Shown: positions 28,013 to 40,468 of the stretch, piece by piece
How positions within the stretch are numbered: the first letter of the stretch is position 1
Layout of the letters: every line of letters starts with the position of its first letter
Source: Camelus dromedarius
Taxonomy: Eukaryota
NCBI RefSeq assembly: GCF_036321535.1
Contig: NC_087447.1
Location: 12,772,001 to 12,836,000 of the forward strand
Direction of reading: 5' to 3'
Length of the DNA stretch: 64,000 bases
Made by a program: the position numbers and the translations under genes
Notes under the pieces: model-generated
The model's database searches: none
What the model was told of the DNA's origin: nothing
The model's input: the letters and a program-made list of their open reading frames with translations, nothing else

Positions 28013-28685
28013 TGAAGGATATTCAGCTGTGGTCCACTCTTGAATTCCTTCTTGTGTGAAGCCAAGGAACCACACTTGGCAAGGTACATCCCAGGGATTC
28101 AACTGAGACCTAGGACATGGCCCTCCTCTCACCCCACATTTGCTTTACCTGTATCATCTCTCTCTTTCTCATTTTTTTTTTTTTTTTAGTAAAGATAGAT
28201 TTATTTAGGGAGATACATCTTACACAGAGTGTAGGCTGTGGAGGTTAGGTGCTCAGGTTAAAGTAAAAGGAGATACACACTCCATAGACAGAGTGCTGAC
28301 CATCACCAAAGACGAGGGAGCAAGGGAGGTGGCTATGAGGCACAGTGTTGCTAGTTTTTATGGGCTTGATAGCTTTATATGTTAACAAGTGGGAGGACCA
28401 TTCCAACTACCCTGAGGAAGGGGCTAGGCTTCCCAGGAATTGGGCCACTGCCCACTCTTTGACCTTTTATGGTCAGCTTTGAAGCTGTCATGGTACCTGT
28501 GGGAGTGTCATTTACCTTGTTAATATTACTACGAACGTACAATGAAGTTCAAAGTCTACCAGAAGTCAAATCTCCTGCCATATTGAGCCTCAAGGCTTAC
28601 TGGGAGTTGAATCTTCCACCATTTGGTGTTAATTGCTGTGTCATTCCTTGGATGGCTGTGCCCTGCCTCCTTCCCTCCTGTCCCA
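28013..28685 (-). mobile_element. ERV1-type solo LTR
   Basis: Minus strand starts TGGGACAGGAGGGAAGG and ends CCTTCA; AATAAA on minus at 28200-28205; terminal about 120 bp matches 31245-31362. Confidence 0.7.
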
Positions 28686-28958
28686 TATCCACCAGTGTAG
28701 ACAAATAGACTGATTTAGATAAAAATTAGATACTGTACTGATCTGAGTTGCTGAAATGCCATGATGTTGAGTTAATAAGCTCTCTAAAACTCATGTGAAA
28801 ATATACTGCTGAGGAGAAAAGAACAGGACCTTAAGATCCCCGTGTGGAAGGGGAGTATTTGAGCAACTTCAGATGACTGTTGATTTCAAACCATCCTACT
28901 CCAGTGAGTCTTCTTGAAACCCCAATCAAGTTTGCTCTCAACACACTCCACGGAATAG

Positions 28959-29421
28959 CGAAGGAGTAGGAAACAAATGAACTTCCTTGATGCTAAAACT
29001 GTTTGTTGATTCTTTCTAAGAAATTCTGCATTTTGCTTTCTCTCCCTTAATGCTTTCTATGCTAAACAATCCATAAACATTCAATAGTTTAACCAGGAAG
29101 TAGGAGGTGGGTCAATCACCTCAGAAGAATAGACAGACTCTTTTCAGCTCCCCCATGACACCAGAAAGATTCATGGAGGTTAACATAGCAGCACCCTGTA
29201 AAGTGCCCTGATTATTATCACCTTTTCTGTTCCTTCCAGTTTTTTCTATGAAACTTCAAGACTCCAACTCCAAGATGGATTCACAATCTCTAAGGCATGA
29301 GCCTGCCGTGACTCCGCTTTGCCTGGCAAAGCAATAGAGCTGTTCTTTTCTTATTCTCCCAAAACTCTGCCTCCAAGTCTCAATCGATTTTGGGGGTACA
29401 GAGGCCAGTTTTGTGGCAACA
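28959..29421 (+). mobile_element. ERV1-type solo LTR
   Basis: CGAAGGAGTAGG...GGCAACA, TSD-like ATAG/GTAG; same family as 5342-5819. Confidence 0.7.
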
Positions 29422-29492
29422 GTAGCATGGAATAATATGAAGCCCAAAATAGAATGAAGGCGCTAACACAAACACACACAGGCACACAAGTA

Positions 29493-29947
29493 AGAAGGAG
29501 TACAATGCAAATTAACAAACTGGCTTCACTGACGCAAAACCATTTGCTGAATCATTCTTTACTGAGAATAACTTTAACCCAGAGGCTATGCTCCAGGAAG
29601 GAGATAACAGGCTGATAATCTCGCAAGAAAGGACAGACACTCTGGAGTTCCTCCTGAAGATTCGTTGCATTTAAGAGGAATATAGCTCCTTGTAAAACGC
29701 CCTGATTGTTATCACCTATTCTGTTCCACTCAGTTTTTCTACAAAACCTCAAGACCCCCACCCCATGGTGGGCTCACAGTTTTTAAGCCTGCTGCGGCTC
29801 GGCTCGCTGTGACTCCCTTTGCCATGCAAAGCAGTAAAGCTGCTCTTTTCTTTCCTCCCCAAACTCCTCCATCCAAATTTGAATTTGCTTCTTGGGGTGA
29901 AATTGAATTTGCTTTTTGGGGGTGGAGAGGCTGATTTTTTGGCAACA
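29493..29947 (+). mobile_element. ERV1-type solo LTR
   Basis: AGAAGGAGT...GGCAACA with perfect 4-bp TSD AGTA (29489-29492 and 29948-29951); 3' end resembles 29300-29421. Confidence 0.7.
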
Positions 29948-29989
29948 AGTACAAACACATATAGATACTTGAAAGTTTATTCTAAAGGG

Positions 29990-30955
29990 GAATTTAAATG
30001 ACTCTGTGTCATCAATAAAAAGGTGAATGGAGCTGTACAGGAATATAGGTTTCATATGAGGTTGAACTTAAGTTAGTATCAATTCAAATTAGATAGTTTT
30101 AACTTTAGGATGTTATGTGTAATAATCCCCCTTTAAGCAAAATAAAATATGCATAGAATATTCAGGAAAGGAGATGAGGAGGGAATCAGAATGTATCACT
30201 GCAGGACATCAGCAGAATCAGGCTAACCAAGAGAAAGCCATATTCAAAATGGTAGAAAATTCTGTGAACTTTTTGCTTATCTTTCCCCCAGCGCCATACC
30301 TAGAACAATTCGAAGTGGTTAGGAAAGAGCCCCCTGGTTCCAGTTGCCTCCCTCAGGATAGAAGGAAAGGAATGGAACTTGCCTTCCTTTCTGTCTTGTT
30401 TAAGGGCTGCCCTGGGAGTGCCTCGGGGTTTATGCCTCTCTACCTCAAAGCACTAACAGGAATCGTGGCAGAAGATGAATATCAACATGGAGGTCAATGG
30501 AAGACACTGAGGCCTTAGATGACTGCTTGGCAAAGGTATATCCGTGGATGCTGGGGGCAAGGGGTTGTTAGCAACCGCAGACAACACAACAGAGCAAACA
30601 GCTAAGGCTCTGAGAAGAAGCAAAGGTGAGACTGTTAGAAAAATGAAGACATTTAAAACCGGCAATGTATAGCATGGAGCTGGGACAAAAAATGCGTGCT
30701 CAGATTCAGGGAAGACACATCCTCAGAAGAAGGTTGAGAGGACTCTGGCTTTCACGCCAGGCTGGTTAGTAAAATCCAGACCACAAAAAAAGGGAGAAGT
30801 TACTGTTTTTTCAAATGCCCAATTTTCAACGAAACATCACACAACATCACGAAGCAACACACAAAAATATCACAAAGATGCAAGGCAAAAAGTCCCATTC
30901 AATCACACAAAATAAATGTCCAATATGTAAACAAAATGAAGATATAAACAAGGGA
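29990..30955 (+). mobile_element. Old L1 fragments (inter-ORF piece and 5' region)
   Basis: L1M-like text (GAACTTAAGTTAGTATCAATTCAAATTAGA; AAAATGGTAGAA; A-rich pre-ORF1 segment 30820-30950). Confidence 0.45.
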
Positions 30956-31362
30956 TGTTGTAGAGAAAAACCTTTGTTTTGTTGGAGGTTTACAGGGAAA
31001 CCATGACCTTTCCCACGGGGAGGGCTGCCAGAACAAAGAGTGCCTGCAGCAAGGAGATTGCAACAACCAACCGCACCCCCTCACTTGTTTTTTTTGTATT
31101 AAAGGAGCCTGTATTCTGGATAGAGCAGGATGTCCAAGATATTAGTCTGCCATCCTCTCAGTCTGCCTTGGGGCTGTCATGGCGCCTGCGGGCTTGTTCT
31201 TGATCACGGGGTTACAATGAGCATGTGATGAAGCTCAAGGTTTACAGAAGTCAAACCTCTAAATCCTCAAGGCCAGCTGGGAGTTGATTCTTCCACCATT
31301 TTTGTGTTAAATTGCTGTCATTCCTTGAGTGGCTGTGCCCTGTCCCCTTCCCTCCTGTCTCA
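30956..31362 (-). mobile_element. ERV1-type solo LTR
   Basis: Minus strand starts TGAGACAGGAGGGAAGGGG and ends CAACA; related to 28013-28685. Confidence 0.65.
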
Positions 31363-31751
31363 AGATTATCAAAATAAATAATAAACAAGAAAGGCAATTA
31401 AGAGTCATATAAACTCCCCTTTTGTAGCTACTCTTCTTCCTCACTCCAACATAGCATAACCCACTCTTCTTGACTGATCTTATGGTCCAATGCATTCCAA
31501 CGCATTCTATTGCACTCTAAAATTGACTTAATTATTATGTTACATTTCATCTCTTCTCAGAGATTGCAAAGATTTTTCTGGGTTTTTTTTTCCACTGATG
31601 TATTTATACTACTTAGGTGTGTGTTTAGCACATAGAAGCATACTCTAAATATATGATGAACTTATTGGTATTTGCTTTTCCCTCTGAAAGCACACACAGC
31701 AAAGTAGGAAGTCCTTAACCTAATTTATAGGAATCACATTGACAGTGATCT

Positions 31752-32693
31752 TTAAGAAAAGATATGGCAGCGATTTTTCTGCATTCTTTGTAGGGCATAT
31801 TTTACATCTTTGTTCCTCAAGCTATAGATCAAGGGATTTAACATGGGGATGACAAGGGTATAAAATATAGATGCCACTTTATCAGTGTCAAAGGAATGAC
31901 TGGACTTGGGCTTCACGTACATAAATATTAAAGTCCCGTAGAACACGGTGACCACTGTCAGGTGAGAACCACAGGTAGAAAAAGCCTTCCTCCTACCTTC
32001 AGAAGAGTTCATCCTGAGAATGGCTACAAGGATGAGCAAGTAAGACACAACAACTATCAAAAGGGAGAAAATCAAATTCAATCCTGATAAGATAAGAATG
32101 ATTAATTCAATTTCATGTGTGTTCGAGCAGAGCAAAGATATCAAGGGGAGACTGTCACAGTAGAAATGACTGATGACACTGTAGCCACAGAAGGATGAAT
32201 TAAATATCTTTACAGTGACTAGAAGAGACACAAATGTGCTATAGAGATAGGGGACTGCCACCAGCACCCGACACACCCTTTGAGACATGATGACTGTGTA
32301 GAGCAGAGGGTTACAGATGGCCACGTAGCGGTCATAGGACATTGCCGACAGAATGAAAAGTTCACTAATGATGAACATGATGAAGAAAGCCAGCTGTGTT
32401 GCACAAAAGTAATAGGAGATTGTATTTTGATCCACAACAAAATTTACCAACATTTTGGGGCCCACCGTTGTTGAATAACCCAGATCAGTAAGAGCCAGGT
32501 GTCTGAGGAAGAAGTACATGGGTGTCTGCAGCCTGGAGTCCACCTTGGTGAGGATGACCATGCCCAAGTTGCCCACCACAGAGATCACGTAGATGACGAG
32601 GAAGAGCCCAAATAACGGAGCCCGCAGCTGAGGGCGGTTTGTGAGTCCCGTGAGAATGAATTCGGTCAGCATGGTTCCATTGTGTGTTTCCAT
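31752..32693 (-). CDS. OR8K3: Olfactory receptor, OR8K3-like (copy 4), 313 aa
   Basis: Intact 7TM ORF with all canonical motifs; acceptor TTTCTATTCAG near 32717. Confidence 0.93.
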   Translation of the reverse strand: METHNGTMLTEFILTGLTNRPQLRAPLFGLFLVIYVISVVGNLGMVILTKVDSRLQTPMYFFLRHLALTDLGYSTTVGPKMLVNFVVDQNTISYYFCATQLAFFIMFIISELFILSAMSYDRYVAICNPLLYTVIMSQRVCRVLVAVPYLYSTFVSLLVTVKIFNSSFCGYSVISHFYCDSLPLISLLCSNTHEIELIILILSGLNLIFSLLIVVVSYLLILVAILRMNSSEGRRKAFSTCGSHLTVVTVFYGTLIFMYVKPKSSHSFDTDKVASIFYTLVIPMLNPLIYSLRNKDVKYALQRMQKNRCHIFS

Positions 32694-32919
32694 CTGGGTT
32701 TATCAGAGAATCTATTCTGAATAGAAACATCAGCAGTCAATGACATCATGTAGTACAACTGGTGATTTTTTAAGTGTACAAAGCTGACATAAAGAAAATA
32801 AATTTAAATTTATATTTTAAGCACAATGAAAAAATCCACCTCCTATAAATAAAACATCCAAATAGAAATATATTAAGAAATAGAGATAAATATATAGTTG
32901 GAAATAGAGAGAGAGATTT

Positions 32920-33109
32920 CTAGTTTTCCACCGAGGATGGTTTACTCCCCCAAAGGACGTTTGATAATATTTTTAGGCATTTTGATTGTTACCACTGGAG
33001 GTGGTTTGAGGCTAGTGAGGCTGGTACTTATCCTAACATATTATGGCAGCCCTCAACAGCAAGGAATTATACAGCCCAAAATGCCAAAGAACTACATTAT
33101 CCAACCCTG
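32920..33109 (+). mobile_element. MER20
   Basis: TTTACTCCCCAAAGGACGTTTGATAAT...TTGTTACCACTGGAGG...AAGGAATTATACAGCCCAAAATG...CAACCCTG. Confidence 0.7.
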
Positions 33110-34440
33110 ATAATATGTGTAGATACAGATATGGAATGATATAAAAGTAGATGAGGGAAGTATTTCTGAAAAAAATGATATAACTTTTAGATCTTGTTTT
33201 AAAAGTGAAGGTAAACTTTTCTATTGCCTTTTATATAATGACAATTATATACTTACAAAATTAAAATCACATAATAGTACATCATACATGTGCTAATGAT
33301 ATCATAAAAATTAAAATAAAAATTCCAATTGTGTGTGGAAACGTTTAGAAGCCCTTGCTTTAAAAAAATATGTTCATGTGAAAGTCCTTATGTCTACAGG
33401 TGAGACAGGATAAAACAATTAACATCCTTGGCCAATATCAGACTGAGATGTAAATAAACATAAGGAAATTCTAACAGATCATAGTCCACACTTTTGTCTT
33501 TATACAGGGAAATATTCCATGAAATACACATAGGTTGATATAATCTCGGCCATACCTGGACTTTTTGTATATACAAAACTGCACTTTGGGCAAATGTTGT
33601 AAAGTATCTTAATCTCTTTGCACACACTAGTAAGATCAACTGTTTCTTGCAGGGTTGTTGGGAAGATATGTGAGAATTAAACACTTACATGCATTCATGG
33701 TAGTACCTGAAAATATCCCTAAAATGCATAGAATTTTTTTTTGAGCATTTGTTTTTAATTTCTTAATGGAAACAACATGTTTCTGGAAATGGATTATCAT
33801 TATACATGTACATATATATGTTTCTTGAGTGACTTAACTTTTGTGTTAGGGGTACGATGAGGAATAGATGGAGAACTTCATAACAGTTCCGAGTGCCCCT
33901 CAACACGACTCATCTCCATGGCTACAATGGGGATCCTTCACGTGCTCTTGCTTTGGATAACTTATCTTCTATCTCACTTAATATTATTAATATATATTTA
34001 TCTAACAATTAGCATATACCTCCTCCCCAAGTGCACTTTCATGATGACTGACATATACTGAATCATTTAAACATGTAAGGTATGTTTTGCTGTGAAGGAA
34101 CCTAAGTTAGTATGAGGAAATTGAGCAAATTAAGAGAAAGTCGTGTCCCTTGCAACTGGTTTCATAGAATAAAGGTTCATAAACATATCCTTTGGATAAC
34201 GAGATTCTCTACTTTACAGAAAAAAAGAAAGTTCTAAAATCACTATATATTACACAACATCATACTGGAAAAATAAAATAAAAAGATAAAACACTAAGAA
34301 TATTATATAATTCCAGAATGTTACTTTGTCTGCCTTCATATTAAGGCCACAAAGATCCTCTGTATAGCATTTAATGCAGACATATAAAAATGTGATAAGG
34401 TAAAGATATATATGAATATTTCAATTAAGCCATCAATTAA

Positions 34441-34468
34441 AACACACACACACACACACACACACACA
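34441..34468. repeat. (CA)n microsatellite
   Basis: Direct read. Confidence 0.95.
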
Positions 34469-35659
34469 AGAGTAATACCAGAGTAGAATGAGGGTGGCTG
34501 GCTAAGGTAAAAGAATTAGTGATTTAAAAAATTGTATTAATACTTACTAAAAGAAAAAAAAATAGATAGAATTGACCCTGATTACATGAAAGTTACTCAG
34601 AAGAAAGAAAATAAAAATATGTTTATAAAATTAAATTATGTATATGTTTATAGGAAATCCACACTCATCTCACAAAATAACATTGTTTATAAGGTTGTGA
34701 GCTTCTAACATCATACTCTGTCCCCACATACATGCCTTTCTCATGTCAGAAATACTGAACTACAATTAGGAAAACAATTTTTAAATAATGAAATTGGAAG
34801 TTATATAATCTTGTTTAGATGCACTGATGAAAGCGTACCAGAACAACTTACATTGATAAGTGCTGAGTTTCCTGTAGGATAAGGGAGAGCTGAAGAGCTT
34901 TTCCTTACCAGCAACAGAGTTGTATGGAAGGTACCAAATTAATTTTTTATAGTTTACTATCTGTGTTGATTATCTGATTATTATTTTTAAAGCTATATTC
35001 TTTGAGAAAATTGTATGTGCTTTCTGTCTGATGGCACTGGAAACTGAACATTGTACCTTCACTGTAACACTGGGTACTCAAAATCTCCTAGCTTCCAAAA
35101 GTTGCTTTTCACATCTCAGTACAAGGTAGAAACCTCCTTTGTGCTCAACAAGAGATCAGAAAAATTCACATTTATACATTGATTTCAATATTCATTAAAT
35201 ACACAATATTTTTGAGAAAGGAATAAGAGGCGCCTAGAATCACTAACTGACTAAGGATTTGACAGGACATCAAACTAGAAACTGACCACCTGCAGCTTCT
35301 TAATCCTGCCATGATTTCAACTTTTTATTCCTGACTCTTTAGTTAGGCTTTCTTGTCCCTCAGTTTTGACATTTCTTCTTCGTGTGACTAAAGTCTATAT
35401 ATAAAATTTAAATATTACATAAACAGTATGGCACTGACATTTCAAAGATGCTCATTAGCTTTTGTGAAAATATTTGCACATCAATCTGAAGGAAAAGGGA
35501 AGCCGTCCTGTTCTGCTCCGTGCATTATCAATGGCAGGATGTACACGGAAGTGAGTCAGACATCCTCATGTTTTACTGTGCTTTGTCATAGAATAAGTGC
35601 TCTACTGCAAATCACCAAACTGCCTGGATATTGGTAAAATACGGCACCAACATGAAATA

Positions 35660-35800
35660 TACTACCTGTTGAGCTGTTATGAGACGTCTGCCTTGGCTTC
35701 CCAGCGTGTTCCAAGACACACATAGTGAGATCACTTTATGGGTCTTTTTCACCCCCTGAGACTCTCCCTCAGGGGATGCCAAGCACTTTCTTGATTGTCC
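35660..35800 (-). promoter_or_regulatory. Promoter / first non-coding exon of OR copy 4
   Basis: TCCCTCAGGGGA 35765-35776; donor CAG|GTAGT (GT at 35665-35664); 3.0 kb upstream of the ATG. Confidence 0.6.
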
Positions 35801-35959
35801 CTGAAGCACTGAAATCATAACAGATTACAAGGGAGAGGGTAATTTACTAATAGTACAGAACAATTTGTTTTTACCAGTAGGTGATTTAGATTGCATTCTT
35901 ACTTTTTACTGTTTATTAACTTTCTATTTTTTCTGCTTTGATAGTTAATTTCTGCATCC

Positions 35960-36225
35960 CTTTGGCTAGGCTATGGCACCCAGTCATTTGGTCAAACATC
36001 AGTCTAGACGTCATTGTGAAGATTTGTTTTAAAGCTTTTATTAACATTTAAATCAATAGACTCTTAGTATAGACAGTTATCCTCCTGAATAGAGGTGTGC
36101 TTCATCTAATTAGCTGAATGTCCTAAAGAGCAAATACCGAGGTCCCCTGATCTCTCTCTATATATTCATATATATGTATGAATCTTTTGAATCTGTTTCT
36201 CTGAGTACCCTTCCTAATACAATCC
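35960..36225 (+). mobile_element. MLT2 LTR fragment
   Basis: CCCAGTCATTTGGTCAAACATCAGTCTAGACGT...TCTGTTTCTCTGAGTACCCTTCCTAATACA; same relative position as 17890-18160. Confidence 0.7.
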
Positions 36226-36639
36226 CACAGGGAAATGGATTTCTATATTTTATCAATACAACAACTTGTCAGTATTCCTCCCATCTACAATGGTCTCCAC
36301 AAATGGGTGATAACTGAGACATTTTAAACAATGTCCTATCACATTATTTGAATGATTAAATGAACTCAAAGTAATAATGCATTATGTATATGAAGTGTGA
36401 TTTCCTTCAATTATTTTTTCATTATTTTTCTTTCTTTCTTTTTTTTTTTCTTTTTGACCGCAGAGAGATAAATTAGTTACTTACACTTCCCATTCTCATC
36501 TTATGTTGTATTGTCATCATCTCTTTAGGTCTTCTCTTTCATTACATTTGCCTGTGTTACATTTCAGTATTTCTTATTCTTCCATTATGTCCAATTTTCA
36601 CTCCAACCCTTCTTGTCTAACTTGACACATATTCTACTG

Positions 36640-37736
36640 TGCTTGATATATACCCAGCATGATCAATGTGGTCTGCAAAAATGTAATATTTTCTGTGCAT
36701 GTATTTTACTGTATTATTTTGCCCTAAATTGTTTTGTTGCATTTTAGATCACTTTATTTGTCATGAATCCATGTTGTGAAATTTTTTTCGTTTCTTTCTT
36801 CATTATAATCAATGATATATGATAAATTTCATACATCTATTCTTTATTGGTAGGTATGTGTTTCCAACCTCAGTTATCACCAACACTGCTACAACATACA
36901 GTTCAGTGAAAAGTCTTGAGCTTGCCTGGCTAATATGTTTTAAACAAAATTATCCATGATTTGCATTTCACATATCTGCATTTGTGTGTTTGCATGTGTT
37001 GATTTAGATAGATAGATAGATAGAAACGTACATACATACACCTGTGCCTATACCCATGCCTAAGCACACACATGGTAGTTAAACCTCTTGATAAAATAGA
37101 ATATAACAAAACGTTTTATTTTGCTAAATATTTCAGATTGATTGTACCAATACAATTTTCCACTAGTAAATGAATGAAGTTTCCTGGGTCTTCACTTCTA
37201 TGACTGGTACCTAAATGATGTTCTTTCTTGTTAATTAAATATTATTTTAAGGTGTATGTTTCTATTCTTGACTTTCCCCTTGTTTTTAGTTTGATTTCCT
37301 GGCATGTTTAGTAATTAAGTAAAACAACTTTATAGTGGTATCATTGAAGACAATAAACTGTAGATACTAAAGTATAAAATTTGATGAGTTTTGACATATA
37401 TATGCATCCGAAAAATCATCAAAACAGTCATGATAATGAACATACCCACTATCCCCAAAATTTCTTAGTGTCCTCTTTAATATTTCAATTCCTTCCTTTT
37501 ATGTCCCACAATGTTCAAGATAGGCTGTGTTTTTTAATGTTTTATTTTGAAATAGTTATCAAATTTCAAAAGCTTGCAAAAAAAGAGAACAGAGTATCCC
37601 TATGACCTGCTTAGTTTTCTCTACTGGGAACAACTTTGAAGAAACAGTACAATATCACAACCATGAAATTAACGTTGGGACAATCCACTTGGCTCAGATT
37701 TCACCAATTTTGCATGCACTCATTTGTGTCATTTTG

Positions 37737-37769
<33 letters not shown>

Positions 37770-38600
37770 CCATGTAATTTTGTCATATGCTTACATTTGT
37801 GTAACCCCACAACAATCAGTATACGGACCTATTCCATCACTACAACAATGGCTTATACCATTCCTTTACAGCCATGCCCACTTTCCTTCTCTCATTATAG
37901 TGTCCTTGACCCCTGCCAACCACTAATCTATTTTTCATCACAATGATTTTATTATTTGAAGTATGTTTTTATAAAGGAAAAATCACTTGTACACTTTGGC
38001 AGTAAGCTATTTTTACTCAACATAATTCTCTTGCGTTCCAATGTGTTTGTGTGTGTTACCAATTGTTTGTGTTTTATCGTTGCTCTGTGACTATTGTTCT
38101 TTTATTATTCCATAATATTAATGATACAGTTTATTCAATCACACAAACATTGAAAGACACTTGAGTTGTTTCCAATTTTCAACTATTACAAATAAAGCTT
38201 CTGCAAAGTTTTGTGCAAAGGTGATTGTAGGTATATCCATTTCTATTTCTCTTGGATGAATGTTCCCATCTAAAATTATCTAGTTTCACATTTTGTATTT
38301 GCCATGATTTGTCATGAGTTGATTTTTTGTATGAATTTTAAGTCAGCATTCTAATTTCTTTTCTTTTGTTTTTTGCATATGGACTCCCAGTTGTTCCACA
38401 ATATTTGGTATTCTTTTCTCATTGAATAAACTCTATACCTCTTGAAAAAAATTGGTTGGACTCTTTTGTGAGGATGTATTTCTGGATTATCTATTCTATT
38501 CTATTCTATTGATATATTCCTGACCCTTCCACAATACCAGCCAGTCTTGATAACTAACTGAAGCTAAGATCATCTTGAATACTCTACCTAAAGCCCCTTG
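36640..38600 (-). mobile_element. Old L1 fragments with embedded (GATA)n, (TG)n and (TCTAT)n repeats
   Basis: Antisense L1 3'-like text (AACCACTAATCTATTTTTCATCAC; TTGAGTTGTTTCCAATTTT; CCAGTCTTGATAACT). Confidence 0.6.
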
Positions 38601-39165
38601 GATTATGAGTTTGTTTATTCTCTATGTAACAGATTGGCACACTCCCTGCCTCTGAGCTCTGAGCAGTCTTTAATCTTTCCAGATGATTCTTTCTTTAACT
38701 TTGAGTGGCTTTCCTTTGCATGTGTTGATCCATCATCTGTTGAACAATTGTGGGGGATTCTCCTCCAAGATCCAGTGTCCTTTGTCTACACAGCTCTCTT
38801 ATCTTCAACACTCCTTCTTGCAAAATCGAGCTACCCCTGGTTTCACAGGGCTCCCAACTCTCTTTCTTTATCTCAAAGATTCTTCTAGGCTTCACTTGGG
38901 TTTTCCCTTTTGCCACTGCAGCCTAAAAGCTCCCTTGAGACAGGAAGAAGTTGGGGCACTTACAATCAAAAATAATTTAAGAAAACCACACCTCATATAC
39001 ACAATTTATGGTTTCTTTTAGTTCATTTAATTATTTAAACAGTACAATAGAGCAGTCTTTAGAAGATATCCACTGTCATCCATTTGAGAAAATGATTACA
39101 GAACTGGACAAATACTGAAGGCTTGTATAGATAAAATATAAATCTCAACTTCCCTATATGGTTGT

Positions 39166-39208
39166 GTTAGTAAGGGTAATAATAGAGACAAATCCAAAAT
39201 ATGATTAT

Positions 39209-39247
<39 letters not shown>

Positions 39248-39540
39248 TACACACATATCTGTCTCTCTCTATACAGAGAAATACAGAGAGATTTTAAGGA
39301 ATTGGCTTATGTGATGGTTGGGACTGGTAAGGCAGAAATCCGTGAGTCAGGCTGGCACTGCAGGAGATGTTACTGCAGTCTTGAGTACAAAAGTGGGAAA
39401 CAGAGGTAGAATTTCTATATTTGCGTCTAGAAGCATAGTTCTTTTGTCTTCAGGGACTTCAGTATTTACCTCATTTTTCCCCTCATCTCCTAGGGAAACT
39501 GCCCTCGGTTGCCTGATGTCAGTGTTTTGAAAACTATCCT
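39166..39540 (-). mobile_element. MLT2 LTR with internal (CA)n
   Basis: GAGAGATTTTAAGGAATTGGCTTATGTGATGGTTGGGACTGGTAAG, the typical MLT2 antisense text. Confidence 0.7.
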
Positions 39541-40468
39541 TTCTTATATCTTATCTTTGTTTCTGTTTCATTCTGTTCTTCTTTTAGTGGGAAGTTAAAT
39601 CCAGTCTCTATTACTCCATATTAGTTGGAAGCAGAAAAAGGTCTTCAGCATACTTACGGTGAGTTCTGCAACTAGCCTTTCTATTCTTTTACATTATTAA
39701 TCTTTTGTAAGCCTCTTAAGTTGCACAGAAAATGAGACATATTTTTCTTAAAAATATGTCAATAATAAAATCACTTCTTCCCCTATGACTATTCTCACCC
39801 TGGCTTAATCCTTGTTCTCTCCCAAATGTATCATAATAAACACCCCTCAGGACTCTCTATTTCCAAATCTTAGTATCCTACTGTCTGTCATTTGCACAGC
39901 AGTCATAAATGTCATTTAACCAAAAATCATCATCTCTTCCAGTTCCTAAGGACGTTTCATGCTCTAACCTCCTTTGACTTTGATGTTCTTCAACACAATC
40001 ATCCTATTGTCACTTAGGGACCATTGCATGGACAGTTTTCTCTCCTGGAAACAGTCGTCACCAAGATAGATCCACAGTCCACTCACTCAACTTCTCAATG
40101 TTTATTTAAATATCACTCTTACAGAAGCCTCCTTGACAACAGTAATTAACATTTAAACCCCATCCTGGTTTCTTCCTCTTTCTATTTTCATATTGCTCAA
40201 TAAATGTTGGCAATCATACTATACAGCAAACAGGCTACATGTGAGAACACGTACGAATGACATGTCATTTGGACTGGAAACTAGATACGGGTAAATATCT
40301 GAAGTATGAGCAGGAATTAGTCATCTGTTTGTGACATACTTTGGTTTGAAAATAATAAATCATTTTCTTTATTTCTATGCTTATCATGCATTGATTTTTG
40401 TTTATCCCATAGAGGTAACATTAAACAATGCTGGTTATAGTATACATAGATTAATATATAATTTATTG

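Noticed and set aside
30174-30518. 114-aa ORF
   Set aside because: Falls in a degenerate L1 5' region and has no recognisable protein features
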